Source: Chiloscyllium plagiosum (lineage: Eukaryota). From it: a stretch of DNA of 64,000 nt. Numbering within the stretch: position 1 is the first letter of the stretch; every line of letters begins with the position of its first letter. The stretch spans positions 69,563,589 through 69,627,588 of the forward strand of contig NC_057718.1 in NCBI RefSeq assembly GCF_004010195.1. Reading direction: 5' to 3'. The notes under the pieces were generated by a model. That model was not told the DNA's origin and did not search any database. It worked only from the letters and a program-made list of their open reading frames with translations. The translations under genes and the position numbers were made by a program. Of this stretch, positions 52,061-64,000 are shown in pieces.

Positions 52061-52369
52061 TCCTTGTAGGTGCCACAGTGGTCACCACTTCCTGCCCCAA
52101 CCCCAATCCACCCCACTCCTATAGCCTACCACATCAGTTCCTCATACTCTCCAATACACTTTGAGTATGCATCCATAATAATCCTTGTCCTCACTTCCAC
52201 AAATCTCTCTGCTTCCCTTCCAGTCTTGACTCCCTACTCTTTTAGGTAGTGATTTCCTACTTCCCCTTCAGGATCTCCTTGCTCTTCCTCAAAACATGAT
52301 GGGTAACAACCAAAATTGCATTCGTACCAGACCATTGATTGATTTTGAAAAGCAATTCCTGGACAAGAC

Positions 52370-53155
52370 TGATCAGACCTCGACCACTGTCTTTGAACTT
52401 CCTGGCTGATAGTAAGCAACCCTCTGCTCAAGCTGTTCCTACAGACTGCATTTGGACAGATCCCTGATGGTGAGTATTCCAAGTTGATGACTGACCATGG
52501 CCAAGCCATGGGACCATGTGCAGACTGTGCCCCTAACTGATGGCACCACTGCCTCCTGGCTGACCTTGAATGTATTAAGGATTGGCTCCCATCCACCATC
52601 TGATATGTACTTGCTGTGCAGGCAGCTGATAAGTGCTGTAGAGATGTTAAACTGACGTCTTGGTACGTCAGACATCCCAATGTTCTCCCACCTCAGACAG
52701 CACAAAGGCGCATCTCAATATACACATAGAAGAGCCTTTGGCTGTGATTGAAGCACCAACACGCTAACAGGCAAGACATGACAAAACAAGGTATGACAAG
52801 GCAAAGTGTGGATGCCCAAAGCACACAGGGAGGGGCTAACAGAGCAAGTGTTAAGACAGCAAGTGGTACAGCCTGCCCTCTGTCTGTGCATGCAGCCTTT
52901 CAATGCGAGTTACTAGTGCATCCTGGAATGACACTGTGCTTCCTAAGGGGCCTGCAAGTAGTTTGAAAAGCAGCCATGATAGTCATGAGAGGTTGGCAAA
53001 TGCCGGATATTAATGTCCTTAGATGCAAATGGTGCCTACGGATTCCCTGCAATACTGGTGTTAAGCAGTATGTTGGTTTTAAGCAGCGTAGAGTTTCTTT
53101 GCAGCCAGTGAACTGAAGTTGCCAGACACCCACTCTGATTTCTACATTCAGAATT
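52370..53155 (-). mobile_element. Decayed LINE, probably RTE clade
   Basis: Degenerate RT C-terminal motifs (WLGH-like near 52500); many frameshifts. Confidence 0.45.
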
Positions 53156-53830
53156 AGAGTCATAGTGTTAAAGAGAGTCATAGTCATAGAGTCATAGTCA
53201 TTCAGTGTTAAACCAAAATCACGTAGAGTCACAGAGCTGTACAGTATGGAAACAGACCCTTCGGTCCAACCCATCCATGCCGACCAGATATCCCAACCCA
53301 ATCTAGTCCCACCTGCCAGCACCCGGCCCATATCCCTCCAAACCCTTCCTATTCATATACCCATCCAAATGCCTCTTAAATGTTGCAATTGTACCAGCCT
53401 CCACCACATCCTCTGGCAGCTCATTCCATACACGTACCACCCTCTGCGTGAAAAAGTTGCCCCTTAGGTCTCTTTTATATCTTTCCCCTCTCACCCTAAA
53501 CCTATGCCCTCTAGTTGTGGACTCCCCAACCCCAGAGGAAAGACTTTGCTTATTTATCCTATCCATGCCCCTCATAATTTTGTAAACCTCTATAAGGTCA
53601 CCCCTCAGCCTCAGATGCTCCAGGGAAAACAGTCCCAGCCTGTTCAGCCTCTCCCTGTAGCTCAGATCCTCCAACCCTGGCAACATCCTTGTAAATCTTT
53701 TCTGAACCCTTTCAAGTTTCACAACATCTTTCCGATAAGAAGGAGACCAGAATTGCACGCAATATTCTAACTGTGGCCTAACCAATGTCCTGTACAGCCG
53801 CAACATGACCTCCCAGCTCCTGTACTCAAT
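53156..53830 (-). mobile_element. Young CR1 (HER1-like) 3' end
   Basis: Uninterrupted 179-aa ORF 53303-53842 ending GPGAGRWD; CTATGACT-type repeat tail. Confidence 0.95.
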
Positions 53831-54073
53831 AATTCTTGACATCTAGCTTTTTTGGCATGTTTGGCAAGATGGGAACTTGAATATTTGGTGAATCGAGTCA
53901 TCAACAAAGCATTTGACAAGGTCAAATCCCCTTAATTAGCAACTCACTTATCTTGTGAGAAACTCGCCTCTCCACTCGGCAGATACATAAAAAATGCAGC
54001 AAGGTGCTCATGATAGTGAGGTAAACCTTACCAGACCTCTTATCTGATTCTTCTACAAATTTTGCCAAGAGTC

Positions 54074-54262
54074 ATAAAAACTGAAAGAACTGTGGATACT
54101 ATAAATCAGAAACAACATAGAAGTTGCTGGAAAAGGGAAAATCAGAGTTAACGTTTCAGGTCTGGTGACCATTCCTCAGAACAGAACTTGAAACGTTAAC
54201 TCTGATTTCTATTCGCAGATGCTGCCAGACCTGCTCAGCTTTTCCAGCAACTTCTGTTTTGG
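54074..54262. mobile_element. Fold-back mini-PLE with HHR motif (54150-54179, minus)
   Basis: Inverted AGAAGTTGCTGGAAAAG / CTTTTCCAGCAACTTCT and ATCAGAGTTAACGTTTCA / TGAAACGTTAACTCTGAT; flanked by TTGCCA(A/T)GA(G/C)TC. Confidence 0.85.
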
Positions 54263-55213
54263 TTGCCATGACTCTTGTTGTTCAGGCCTGAATCATTAAG
54301 ATTTCGCCGTGTCTGTGATATCTCCAGGAGGAACTCAAATAGCCCAGTTTTTTTGAGAGGCGGGGGAAGGGGGATAGATCGGCTTTGAATACTGACAGAC
54401 AAAACTTGCCAAAAGGGCAATAACCTTTGTTTTCTCACTCTTTCTCTGAGATCTTTCTCAGAGTGTTAAAAATCTACTAGATGATGTAATCAACACAAGA
54501 ATTTAAAGAAGGAGAAGTCTGAACTTACACCACTGTTTCAACTAGCCATAACTGGTCCAGGAAGAAACCTCATTGCCAATAACTTGTGACTTCAGTTGCA
54601 GACTAGTATTTGTAAAAGATATGAATATACTTTTCTCAATTTAACTGTTAAGTAGACAAAATATTTCTAAAGGTAATACACTGCAGAGTTTTAATACACT
54701 GCAGAGTTTAAAATGGTTGTCTGTGTGCAAGTAAAATCATGTCAGTTTTCATCATTTTTGCATATTTTAAACCTTTTGTTAATTTTGCTGGACTAAGCTT
54801 TGTTTGCAAAGAACTCATTTTATGTATGTTAATTTAAGCAACCTGATTAACTTCTTTCTGATATTGAATTATATGATCTAATATATAATTGGCATTATCA
54901 ACCTCCTTTTAAATTCAACTTTGGTTGTGTTAGTGGAGGGTGGGACAAGGAAAAGAATCAATCCAATGAATGATATTAGGGCTTGAACAGCTGGATTGTG
55001 AAGAATACAATATTGGAACCTTTGTTGTGCAATTAAGGTTTTTATTTATAGAAACACTCACTACCTTTTGTGCACCAACAATGACCGCCGTTTCTGCTGC
55101 TCGTTTATATACATACTAATATACACTAGGTGTGCATATGTGTGTACACATATATAGACATACATATATGTAAATAAATGTATAATGCCTATGATTTACA
55201 AACACTGATTTAT

Positions 55214-55340
55214 AGGAGAAAGTGAGGGCTGCAGATGCTGGATATCAGAGTCAAGAGTGTGGTACTGGAAAAGCACAGCAGGTCAGGCAGCATCTGAGGA
55301 GCAGGAGAATTGATGTTTTGGGCATAAGCCCTTCATCAGG
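55214..55340 (-). mobile_element. Solo PLE pLTR (about 126 bp) with mutated HHR
   Basis: Colinear with 46805-46930. Confidence 0.85.
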
Positions 55341-55985
55341 TTTTGTTTTTGTTATATATACATCCACACACTATATATATGATACATATATGAATTTGAA
55401 TAGCTGGGTGGTAACCGATATATTGTTAATATATCCATTTTTATTTAATGAGAACTAATTGAAAGTTACACTTCATATACACAAGCAAAATTTAAAATAT
55501 GAATTCAAAATTTTCTTAAAATGAATGAAGTGTTAAATAGTAAAGCAATATTTCCTCAGAACCACCGAAAATTTATTTGTACATCTGTTTCTTAGACTAA
55601 AACAACTTGGATTGAATCTTTCCATTTACTTTTGGAGATTTCCTTTCTTTCTGCAGCATTTGTTTCAACCCAGTATGATGCATTCTTTCTTTTTCCCTGA
55701 GTCACACTTTTTGTACAATTTGTGTTATTCCACAATAAACAGTTAGATATAAAAAAAAGGTGTTCTGGCTTCAATATCTTTATGCTCACCACTTTACTAA
55801 GTGTCTGCCAAAACAAATTCCATACCAGTGCTCCCACAAGAGCTTGCATTTTAGCTTGTTACTATACTTCTAATAATCTTCCTTAGTCATTTGATTACCT
55901 TAGCTCAGGGTAACCTATTCCTAGCCAGTGGGAGAATGAAATCAGCTGCTCAGTGTCTATGATTTTATAATTTATTGTAAATTTT

Positions 55986-56295
55986 GGGACAGCACAGTGG
56001 CTCAGTGGTTAGCGGTGCTGCCTCACAGCTCCAGGCACCTGGGTATGATTCTACCCTTGGATGGCTGTCTATGTGGAGTTTGCATATTCTCCCCATGTCT
56101 GTGTGGGTTTCTGCCAGGTGCTCCGGTTTCCTGTCATAGTCCAAAAATATGTAGGTTAGGTGAATTAGCCATGGGATACGTATGGTTACAGGAATAGGGT
56201 GGAGTGAGCATCTGAATGGGATGTTCTTTGAAAGGGTGGTATCAGCTCAATGGCCCAAAAAGCAGCTTCCTCAGCGTAGGGATTCTATGGTTCTA
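55986..56295 (+). mobile_element. Diverged HE1-type V-SINE
   Basis: GTGGCTCAGTGGTTAGC head and V domain. Confidence 0.8.
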
Positions 56296-58008
56296 TGCAT
56301 GAACAAAAAGAATGAACTTGACTGGTATTTTTGACAAATATTGAATACATTCCTTATCACCCTCACCATGACGCAAGAAATCTACTGACTTTTTCAAATT
56401 CTACAGTACTACGCACAAAAATACTATCTTGAAGTTGCATCAAAGTTTTCCTTATGATTACAATAAAACTTTCAGGGTTTAGCTTTGAGTTGAATACAAT
56501 AAATTTTCAGCAAAATGGACAGCTTAAAAAAATTAACAACAATTATATAGATCAGAGACACATTTGTTTAGGGATTATAGTTGTTTTATGCACATCTGCC
56601 GCCCCTTTCAGAACCACTTCTCTCTGAAATGTGCTTTTTTCACCTACCCTCTTATGAAAATGACTAAAAGAGCCAAGATGATGTTTATTGCATTTCCAGC
56701 TGTGAGGGAGTTCACTTTAACATCTGCATAACCAGTTTCTTTTCAAAACTCTATTAACCTCAGTTTAACCTCAAATCCCATCTGCAAGAACTTTTTTTTT
56801 CAGGACAAGCCCAGCTTTGTGCAGTAGAACTACTTGATCTTTATCTGGCACCTCAAAATAAACTCCAAATTCTATCCAAGTATTCAGCTTTGATTTGTCC
56901 TCTTATTTATTTATCCTTAAGTTTATTGGCAGCCAAGAAAGAATGATGATGAGACCTTTACTACTTTTTCTTTGTTATATGAATGCTCTGTATTTTATAC
57001 TTCCTTATATGATCTATTTAAAGCTTTGATTCTCTATCAACAGTTTTTCTGCAGGAGTTATGACAGCAAACCTTTCCTCTTGTATTGTCAAAGATTGTTT
57101 CTGTAACTTGTGATTATTTTCTGATATAGTAGTCACTTCAGGATGCACTATTACTCCTTATTTTGCACTTTCTAATTTGCCATTTTTAAAAAATCCATTC
57201 TATCCATAGATGGATCTCTCACTTTGTCTTTATCCCAAACATCCAATTCCTATTCAAACTCACCCATTGTTTAACCCTAAAATTATTGAATCTCTTCATT
57301 CCATACTGCCCTCTATATTATCACTGGTATGCCCACTGTGAGCAATTGTCCTATGCTTGGATTAATATGGTCACATCATTCACAAAGTGTCTCATTTACC
57401 TCTATAGGCTGGTCAGAATCTAGGATTTTCTAACTAATTCTGAATATTCCTGAGGAATGAATCCCAACAACTTGACTACTATTTCTGATAAGTATTGAAT
57501 TTATTCCTCATCACTATCACCTTTATAATATAACCAATCTTCTGTATTGAACACTGCCGCAGATGGTTAATTCAATGGGCGGGTGTGGAAGTGGCAGGGG
57601 CTTCTACTCAGATTGTTCCTCACAATTATGTTCTCCTTAGCTCAGTAAATATGCACAAGTTCAAAATGCTAAATTTCCTGCACTTCCAAAGATGACTACA
57701 GCCTTTTGGGCTTCAATATCCATGTGTTATACTTTAAAAAAGTTACAGCTCACTTTTTGCAACCCTGGAGCAGCACTCAAGCTTTGTTTATCAGATTTCC
57801 AGCATCTGCAGTCCTCACTTTTGCCTTTGTTTATCACTTCTATCCACCCCAGAGGTCTCAGAAACCAGATAAAAAGTGCTTTTGCAATGTCTCCCTAAAG
57901 ATGCTCCAGTAAGATGTCCAGAAGATGATGGAATTTCTTCTTTCCAGGATAGCAACAGAATAGCATCCTGACTAGCTAATGGAGCCTGAAAGAGGTTGCT
58001 CAAGAAAT

Positions 58009-58327
58009 GGGCGGCATGGTGGCACAGTGGTTAGCACTGCTGCCTCACAGCGCCAGAGACCTGGGTTCAATTCCCACCTCAGGCGACTAACTATGTGGAG
58101 TTTGCACATTCTCCCCGTATCTGCGTGGGTTTTCTCCGGGTGTTCAGGTTTCCTCCCACAGTGCTAAAATGTGCAGGTTAGGTGAATTGGCCATGCTAAA
58201 TTGCCCATAGTGTTAAGTGAAGGGGTAAAATGTAGGGGAATGGGTCTGGGTGGGTTGCGCTTCGGTGGGTCGGTGTGGACTTGTTGGGCCGAAGGGCCTG
58301 TTTCCACACTGTAAGTAATCTAATCTA
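58009..58327 (+). mobile_element. Full-length HE1-type V-SINE
   Basis: A box TGGCACAGTGG, B box GGTTCAATTCC, V domain, CR1-like tail ending (TAATC)n. Confidence 0.95.
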
Positions 58328-58429
58328 AAACCTAGCCCCAGTGCCCCATGAAGATGAATGATCTGCTGCACCATGCCAGGATCTATACCACTGTTACTCA
58401 ATGTTCAAGGCTCCAAGTTATGATTACAA

Positions 58430-60592
58430 TGGACACAACCGACTACACAGGTACAGACAAGAAACTGCATCTCAAGTATCAGTAATTTCAAAAACAACTA
58501 ATCAGAAGTGAACCACAATAATCAAACAGGCCATCACATAGGACAGAACAGAACCACACAGAGGAAGAGAACGGTATTACAAGATAAAATGACTAAGCTA
58601 ACCAACAGCAACATGACAGACACCTGGGTAAGAAACTTCTCCAATAGACAGCTTACAGGCACCGAAAAGGCTGTACTAGCCAATGGACTCAACTACAACC
58701 ACAGAGACACAGAAACAGTGGACTTCCTAGCTGCAGTAGAATGTACACTCAGAACTATCAGACTAACTGAAGAGACACAGCAAGCAGTCAGACAAACCAT
58801 TGTACCCTTACTAACGAAGAAAAGACAAATGGACAACCTCAATACCAAAGGCAGAGAAGCCCTAAAAACACTCAAAAATGACAAGAACATAATCATAGTA
58901 CCAGGGGACAAGGACAGAATAACGGTTATCATGGACAAGACCGAATATATTCAGGCAGGAGAGAAATTACTTGCAGATACTGACACCTACCTACAGAGGG
59001 AGTGTGACCCCACGCCACAGCTAACCAATAGAAAAAACAACACACTACTGAACCTAGAAGAAAAATGACTAATAACCAGGACTGACTGATAAAGGATGAA
59101 ACCAGAAAGCAACAACACCCCAAGATTTTACAGATTAACCAAAGTACACAAACCAGACATACCACTTAGACCCAGTGTGGCACTCCCTGCTGCTCCATCA
59201 CATAAACTGGCAAAAGAACTTCAGCAGATCCAAACACTCCATTCAATTATCACAGGAATTCTTAGACAACATTAAGAACATAAACATAGACAGGGACGAA
59301 GCAATGGTCTCATTTGATGTAATGGCACTGTTCACTTCAATTGACAAAACTCTAGCCAGAGATAGTAGTCAACCTCCTGAACAAATAGGACAGATAACAC
59401 GACAGGAAACCTCTCAACAAGGACTGCATACTCAAACTACTAGACCTGAGCTTGATGACACACTTCACATTCAACAACCAAATAGATGACCAGAACAATG
59501 GAACATCTACGGACTCACCTATCTCTGGGTTCATAGCAGAAGCAGTGATGCAAAGATTGGAACAAACAGCCCTCCCACATATCCAACTCAAACTCTGGAT
59601 CAGATATATGGATGCTACTTTTGTTATCATTAAGAGAACAAAAATCGAGAACACACATCAGATTATCAACACCATACTCACAGGGATCAGATTTATGAAA
59701 GAGGAGGAAACCAACAATCAACTCCCATTCTTGGATTTGATGGTAGAAAGAACACAGAATGGTGAATGCACCACAAATGTGAACAGAAAAGTCACACACA
59801 TGGATGAGATCCTGCATTACAACAGCAACCACCCAAACACAAACAAGATAAGCTGCATTAGGACCCTGTTCAATAGGGCTACAACACGCTGCAGCACTCC
59901 TGACCTACAAGGGGAAGAAGCAGAAAACCTCTACAGACTATTCACCAAGAACAGATATCCCTGCAACTTCATCCGCAGACAACTAACGCAATGAGGATAT
60001 GCCACAATCTAACTCACTAGCCACACTACCTCACATAAAAAAATCTCAGAACTGACAGCCAGACCTCTCCGCCCACTGGGATTCCTAACAGCCCGTAAAC
60101 CGACAGACACACTCAAACAATAACTCACCAGAACAAAAGACAAACATAATTTACAATAATCCATGCAAAGACTGATAAAATACACAGGACAAGCTAGCAG
60201 ACAACTAGCAATTCACATCCATGACACCAACTAGCCAGTAAACACCATGACCAGCTGTCCCTAGTAGCTATGACAAGGACCAGAAATTCTGGGACAACAC
60301 AACGATCATAGGACAAGCTAAACAGAGGACAGCCAGAGAATTTCTAGAAGCATGGCACTCATCCACGGACTTTATCAACAAGCACATCGACCTAGACCCA
60401 ATATCCTGGCCACTACAATGAACACCTGGAACCAGCAATCAGAAGCAGCAGGAATGGAACCAAAGGAATTCCAGACCACACAGTATAACAGCGCTTCACA
60501 GTTGGCTCCAAAGCACTGAGGATGTCACCGAGACAGAGGATGAAATATCTGCAAATCAACTTCCCAGATCGGCAAACAAACCCATAACCACA
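58430..60592 (+). mobile_element. Long decayed Poseidon-type PLE (N-terminal region, RT, GIY-YIG, pLTR with degenerate HHR at 60516-60549)
   Basis: WVRNFSNRQLT..VLANGLNY; IVPGDKDRITVIMD; MVSFDVMALFTSI; SPISGFIAEAVMQRLE..WIRYMD; AREFLEAWHS. Confidence 0.92.
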
Positions 60593-61039
60593 GTCTACCC
60601 ATCAACAGAAACTGATTTATTGCCTCAATCATAAATGAACGCCTCTGCTTCCTTCAATGTTTCACTACTCTATAAATTTACTCTGATACCTCACCTTTAC
60701 TAAAAGCCCATCTCCCTGCAACCCAATTCATGTGATCAGACAAAGGCTACAATAATTGTGATAATCCTTCTTCTCGAGAATGTATTATAAAAAACAAAAG
60801 GTAACTTGGAATTGAACCCAGATCCTATTTAATAAAGTGCTAGCCACCTGGACAGGATTCTTTGTAGGAAGTTTCTATGTAGAACAGTTGATAATTTATA
60901 TCTTGATCAATTGCACCATGTCATCAATCAAAGGATGGCCCCTTCACCAGGCCACTCAGCTGCTTTTATTCCTGACAACAATATTAGGCTTGCACATTTC
61001 TCTGAGCTCATTAGCAAATTCATCTGCATTAGCAGTCAA

Positions 61040-62657
61040 AACCATTGGTGTGAAAAGGGGATTCCAGTATCTGGCCCAATGATACTAGAAAAAGCTGCCA
61101 GCTTCCATGAACGACTCCACACTGGTGAGTCTGATCACAGCGTATTATTGGGCTGGTTACAGCACTTCAAATATCGTCACGGCATTAGGCAGCTCAGCAT
61201 TCTTAGAGAGCAGAAGTCCGTGGATGAAAGGATGGTGGAAGGCTACAGACAGAAACTGCAATCATCATTCTTGAACAAAAGTATGGACCTGTGCAATTGT
61301 ACATTGCTGATGAAAGTGGATTGTTTAGGTGTGCACTGCTGGACAAAACACTTGCAGCCACGGCAGAAAAGCAGGTGTTGGGACATAAAGTGCAGAAGAA
61401 TTGCATCATGATTTTCACTTGTGTCAACGCCATTGGCACTCAATTTATCACTTGTCTGCATCGGCTGATATGCTAATCCATGCTGCTTCAAGAACTGTGA
61501 CAAAAACTCGTTTCCTGTGAAGTATAAAGCACAAAATAAGGCATGGATGTCATATCCACTTTTTTCATCCTAGTTCCATGAAGATTTTGTACTTGCTATC
61601 AGATCACATTTGGCAAGCGCTGGACTCAAGCAATATTCCCTTCTGCTTGTTGACAATACAGGGGCACACACGGAAAAAGGTAGCCAGTTAGAATCGGCAG
61701 ACAGAGCTTTCAAGTGTTTATTTTTACCACCCACTTCAAGACTATAGCCGCTTGATCAGGGAATCATCGCAATTGTGAAAAAATATTATTGCCATTAACA
61801 TGTTGCGTGCCATCCTGGGTGAAGGCAATACAGAGAAAAGAGTACGGGAAGTTATGAAGGCATTCACAGTCAAGGACACTTCGTTCATGATTGCTGAATC
61901 TTGGGACTGCATCAAACCATCAACAATCGTGGAGTGTTGGCACAATGGCTTGTGTGTTGGTAACCATGCCAATGAAGAGGACACCCGTCCAGTACAAAGG
62001 CAAACCACTGACATCATTGAAAACTGCAGACAGCTGGGATTAGGAGACTTTGTAGAGACTGAGATTGATGCTTAGGTGAACTGTGACAACAACACTGGAA
62101 CAGAGACAGAGACAGTCAGTGATGATCAGATAGTCAATGTAGTCACAGAAGAACAGTGGGAAAGTACAGACGCCATGGATGGTAAGGGAAATCTGATACT
62201 GACACCTCCTCCAGTCCCCGTTAACGAAGCTATTGAGAGTTTGCGACTTTTCATGGAGTGGTACAAGGCACAAGACAAAGTTGATGCCATTAAGTTGGTG
62301 AATCTTCACCAAATGTTATCATTCACGAAGAAAAGGAGGCAGCAGCACCTCAAACAACAGCAACTGGATATTTTCTTTGAAAATAATAACCGACCTCCAC
62401 CTCAATGAATTTGTGTACATGTACAGTAAATAAAAAAGTGATCTGATTTGTAAAATCTCATGAATTTTTAAGTGATGTCCAGTGTGTGTACAAATTTTAG
62501 CGATTGACTGAAATAAAAACTCTGTAAACATACTTTTTAATGCAATTATGTGCAGTATGGCTTCCTTGTTTAAGGTCAAATCAATTATCCAAATAATCAA
62601 TTCTCTGAATGAAAAACTGCCTACCCATCTACTTCGGATAATTGAGGTTGCTCTGTA
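61040..62657 (+). mobile_element. pogo/Tigger DNA transposon relic with right terminal inverted repeat and TA
   Basis: CENP-B-type HTH GIPVSGPMILEKA..GWLQHFKYRHGI; YIADESGLF; LLVDNTGAH; PLDQGII; ends TTCGGATAATTGAGGTTGCTCTG|TA at 62655. Confidence 0.88.
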
Positions 62658-62659
62658 GG

Positions 62660-63610
62660 TGGGCAGACGGGGTGGGGTTGCCATGCTAGTGAAAAATGCA
62701 ATTAAATCAATAGCAATAAAAAAAAGTAGGCTCAGATGATGTAGAATCTGTGTGGGTAGAGTTGAGGAAACGCAAAAGTAAGAAAACCATAATGGGAGTT
62801 ATCTATAGACCTCCAAACAGTAGTCAGGATTTGGGGCATAAGATACACCATGATATAGAAAAAGTATGTAAGAAAGGCAAAGTTACAGTGATCATGGGGA
62901 ATTTCAATATGCAGGTGGACTAAGAAAGCCAGGTTAGTAGTGAATCGCAAAACAAGCAATTTGTGGAATGTCTAGGCGATGGCCATTTGGAGCAGCTTGT
63001 GGCAGGACATCTTCGAGGAGAAAGTGAGGGCTGCAGATCAGAGCTGAAAATGTGTTGCTGGAAAAGCGCAGCAGGTCAGGCAGCATCCAAGGGCTTATGC
63101 CCGAAACATCGATTCTCCTGTTCCTTGGATGCTGCCTGACCTGCTGCGCTTTTCCAGCAACACATTTTCAGCCCACTAGGGAACAGGCAATACAGGATTT
63201 ATTGTTGTGCAATGAGGCAGACTTGATAAGGAAGCTTAAGGTGAAGGAACCCTTAGGAGGCAGTGATAATAATATGATAGAATTTACTCTACAATTTGAG
63301 GGGGAGAAAGTGGAATCAGATGTAACAGTATTACAGTTGAATAAATGTCACAACAGAGGCATGAGGGAGGAGAGGACCAGAATTGACTGGAAGAGGAGCC
63401 TGGCAAGAAAGACAGTGAAACAGCAATGGCAGGGGCTTCTGGGGGTGATTTGAGAGAGACGGCAAAATTTCATCCCGAGGAAAAAGAAGCATGGTACTGG
63501 GAGGATGAGGCAACCATAGCTAACCAGGAAAGTCAGGGACAGCATAAAAGCAAATGAGAAAGCATATAATGTGGTGAAGGGCAGTGGGAAGCCAGAGCAC
63601 TGAGAAGCCT
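62660..63610 (+). mobile_element. CR1 APE endonuclease region, decayed
   Basis: GVIYRPPNSS, IMGEFNM, PTREQAIQDLLLCNE..LGGSDNNMIEF. Confidence 0.85.
63016..63172. mobile_element. Fold-back mini-PLE with perfect 50-bp inverted repeat
   Basis: 63043-63092 is the exact reverse complement of 63123-63172; the 30-nt loop holds part of the HHR stem II and GAAAC. Confidence 0.92.
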
Positions 63611-63617
63611 AACTGAC

Positions 63618-64000
63618 TGGGACTTCGATGTTGTGGCCATTTCGGAGACATGGTTAGAGCAGGGACAGGAATGGTTGTTGCAGGTTCCAGGATTTACATG
63701 TTTCAATAAGAACAGAGAAGATGGTAAAAGAGGGGGAGGTATGGCATTGTTGGTCAAGGACAGTATTACAGTCGCAGAAGGGATGTTTGGGGACTCGTCA
63801 AATGAGGTTGTATGGGCTGAAGTTAGAAACAGGAAAGGAGAGGTCAACCTGTTGGGAGTTTTCTATAGGCCTCCGAATAGTTCCAGAGATGTAGAGGAAA
63901 GGATAGCAAAGATGATTCTCGATAGGAGTGAGAGAGACAGGGTAGTTGTCATGGGGGACTTCAACTTTCCAAATATTGACTGGGAAAACTATAGTGTGAG
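63618..64000 (+). mobile_element. Young CR1 ORF2 endonuclease domain, open to the window end
   Basis: Stop-free frame WDFDVVAISETWL..RGGGMALLVKD..GVFYRPPNS..VVMGDFNFPNIDW. Confidence 0.92.

Noticed and set aside
55592..55849. 85-aa minus-strand ORF
   Set aside because: AT-rich, with no domain or splice evidence
58009..58080. tRNA gene
   Set aside because: The A/B boxes belong to the tRNA-derived head of an HE1 SINE that continues into the V domain and LINE tail
61040..62408. Domesticated TIGD/JRK-like host gene
   Set aside because: Multiple stops and frameshifts, 5' truncation and a retained terminal inverted repeat indicate a dead Tigger copy

Overview
Repeat-saturated, non-genic or intronic vertebrate DNA. 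It is almost certainly from a shark (elasmobranch), because it carries many HE1-type V-SINEs together with their CR1/HER1-type partner LINEs. The scaffold has four N gaps (14318-14326, 33058-33095, 35622-36121, 51568-51586). No complete protein-coding gene, rRNA, tRNA gene or CRISPR array is present, and most ORFs in the track are fragments of decayed transposons. The mobile elements are CR1, L2/CR1-group, RTE and Rex1/Babar LINEs, three tRNA-derived SINE families, Penelope-like elements (PLEs; Neptune-type and Poseidon-type), a canonical Gypsy, a Gmr1-type Gypsy (integrase upstream of RT, SCAN-like capsid) and two pogo/Tigger transposase relics. The most notable structure is about 20 minimal hammerhead-ribozyme (HHR) motifs of four sequence families, all in PLE terminal repeats (pLTRs) and showing covarying stems. 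They occur in a size series of insertions from 31 bp to 1.6 kb, several of them fold-back (hairpin) mini-elements and most flanked by target-site duplications (TSDs). One candidate host coding exon lies at 12369-12542 on the minus strand. Repeat boundaries are approximate unless a TSD or junction is quoted.
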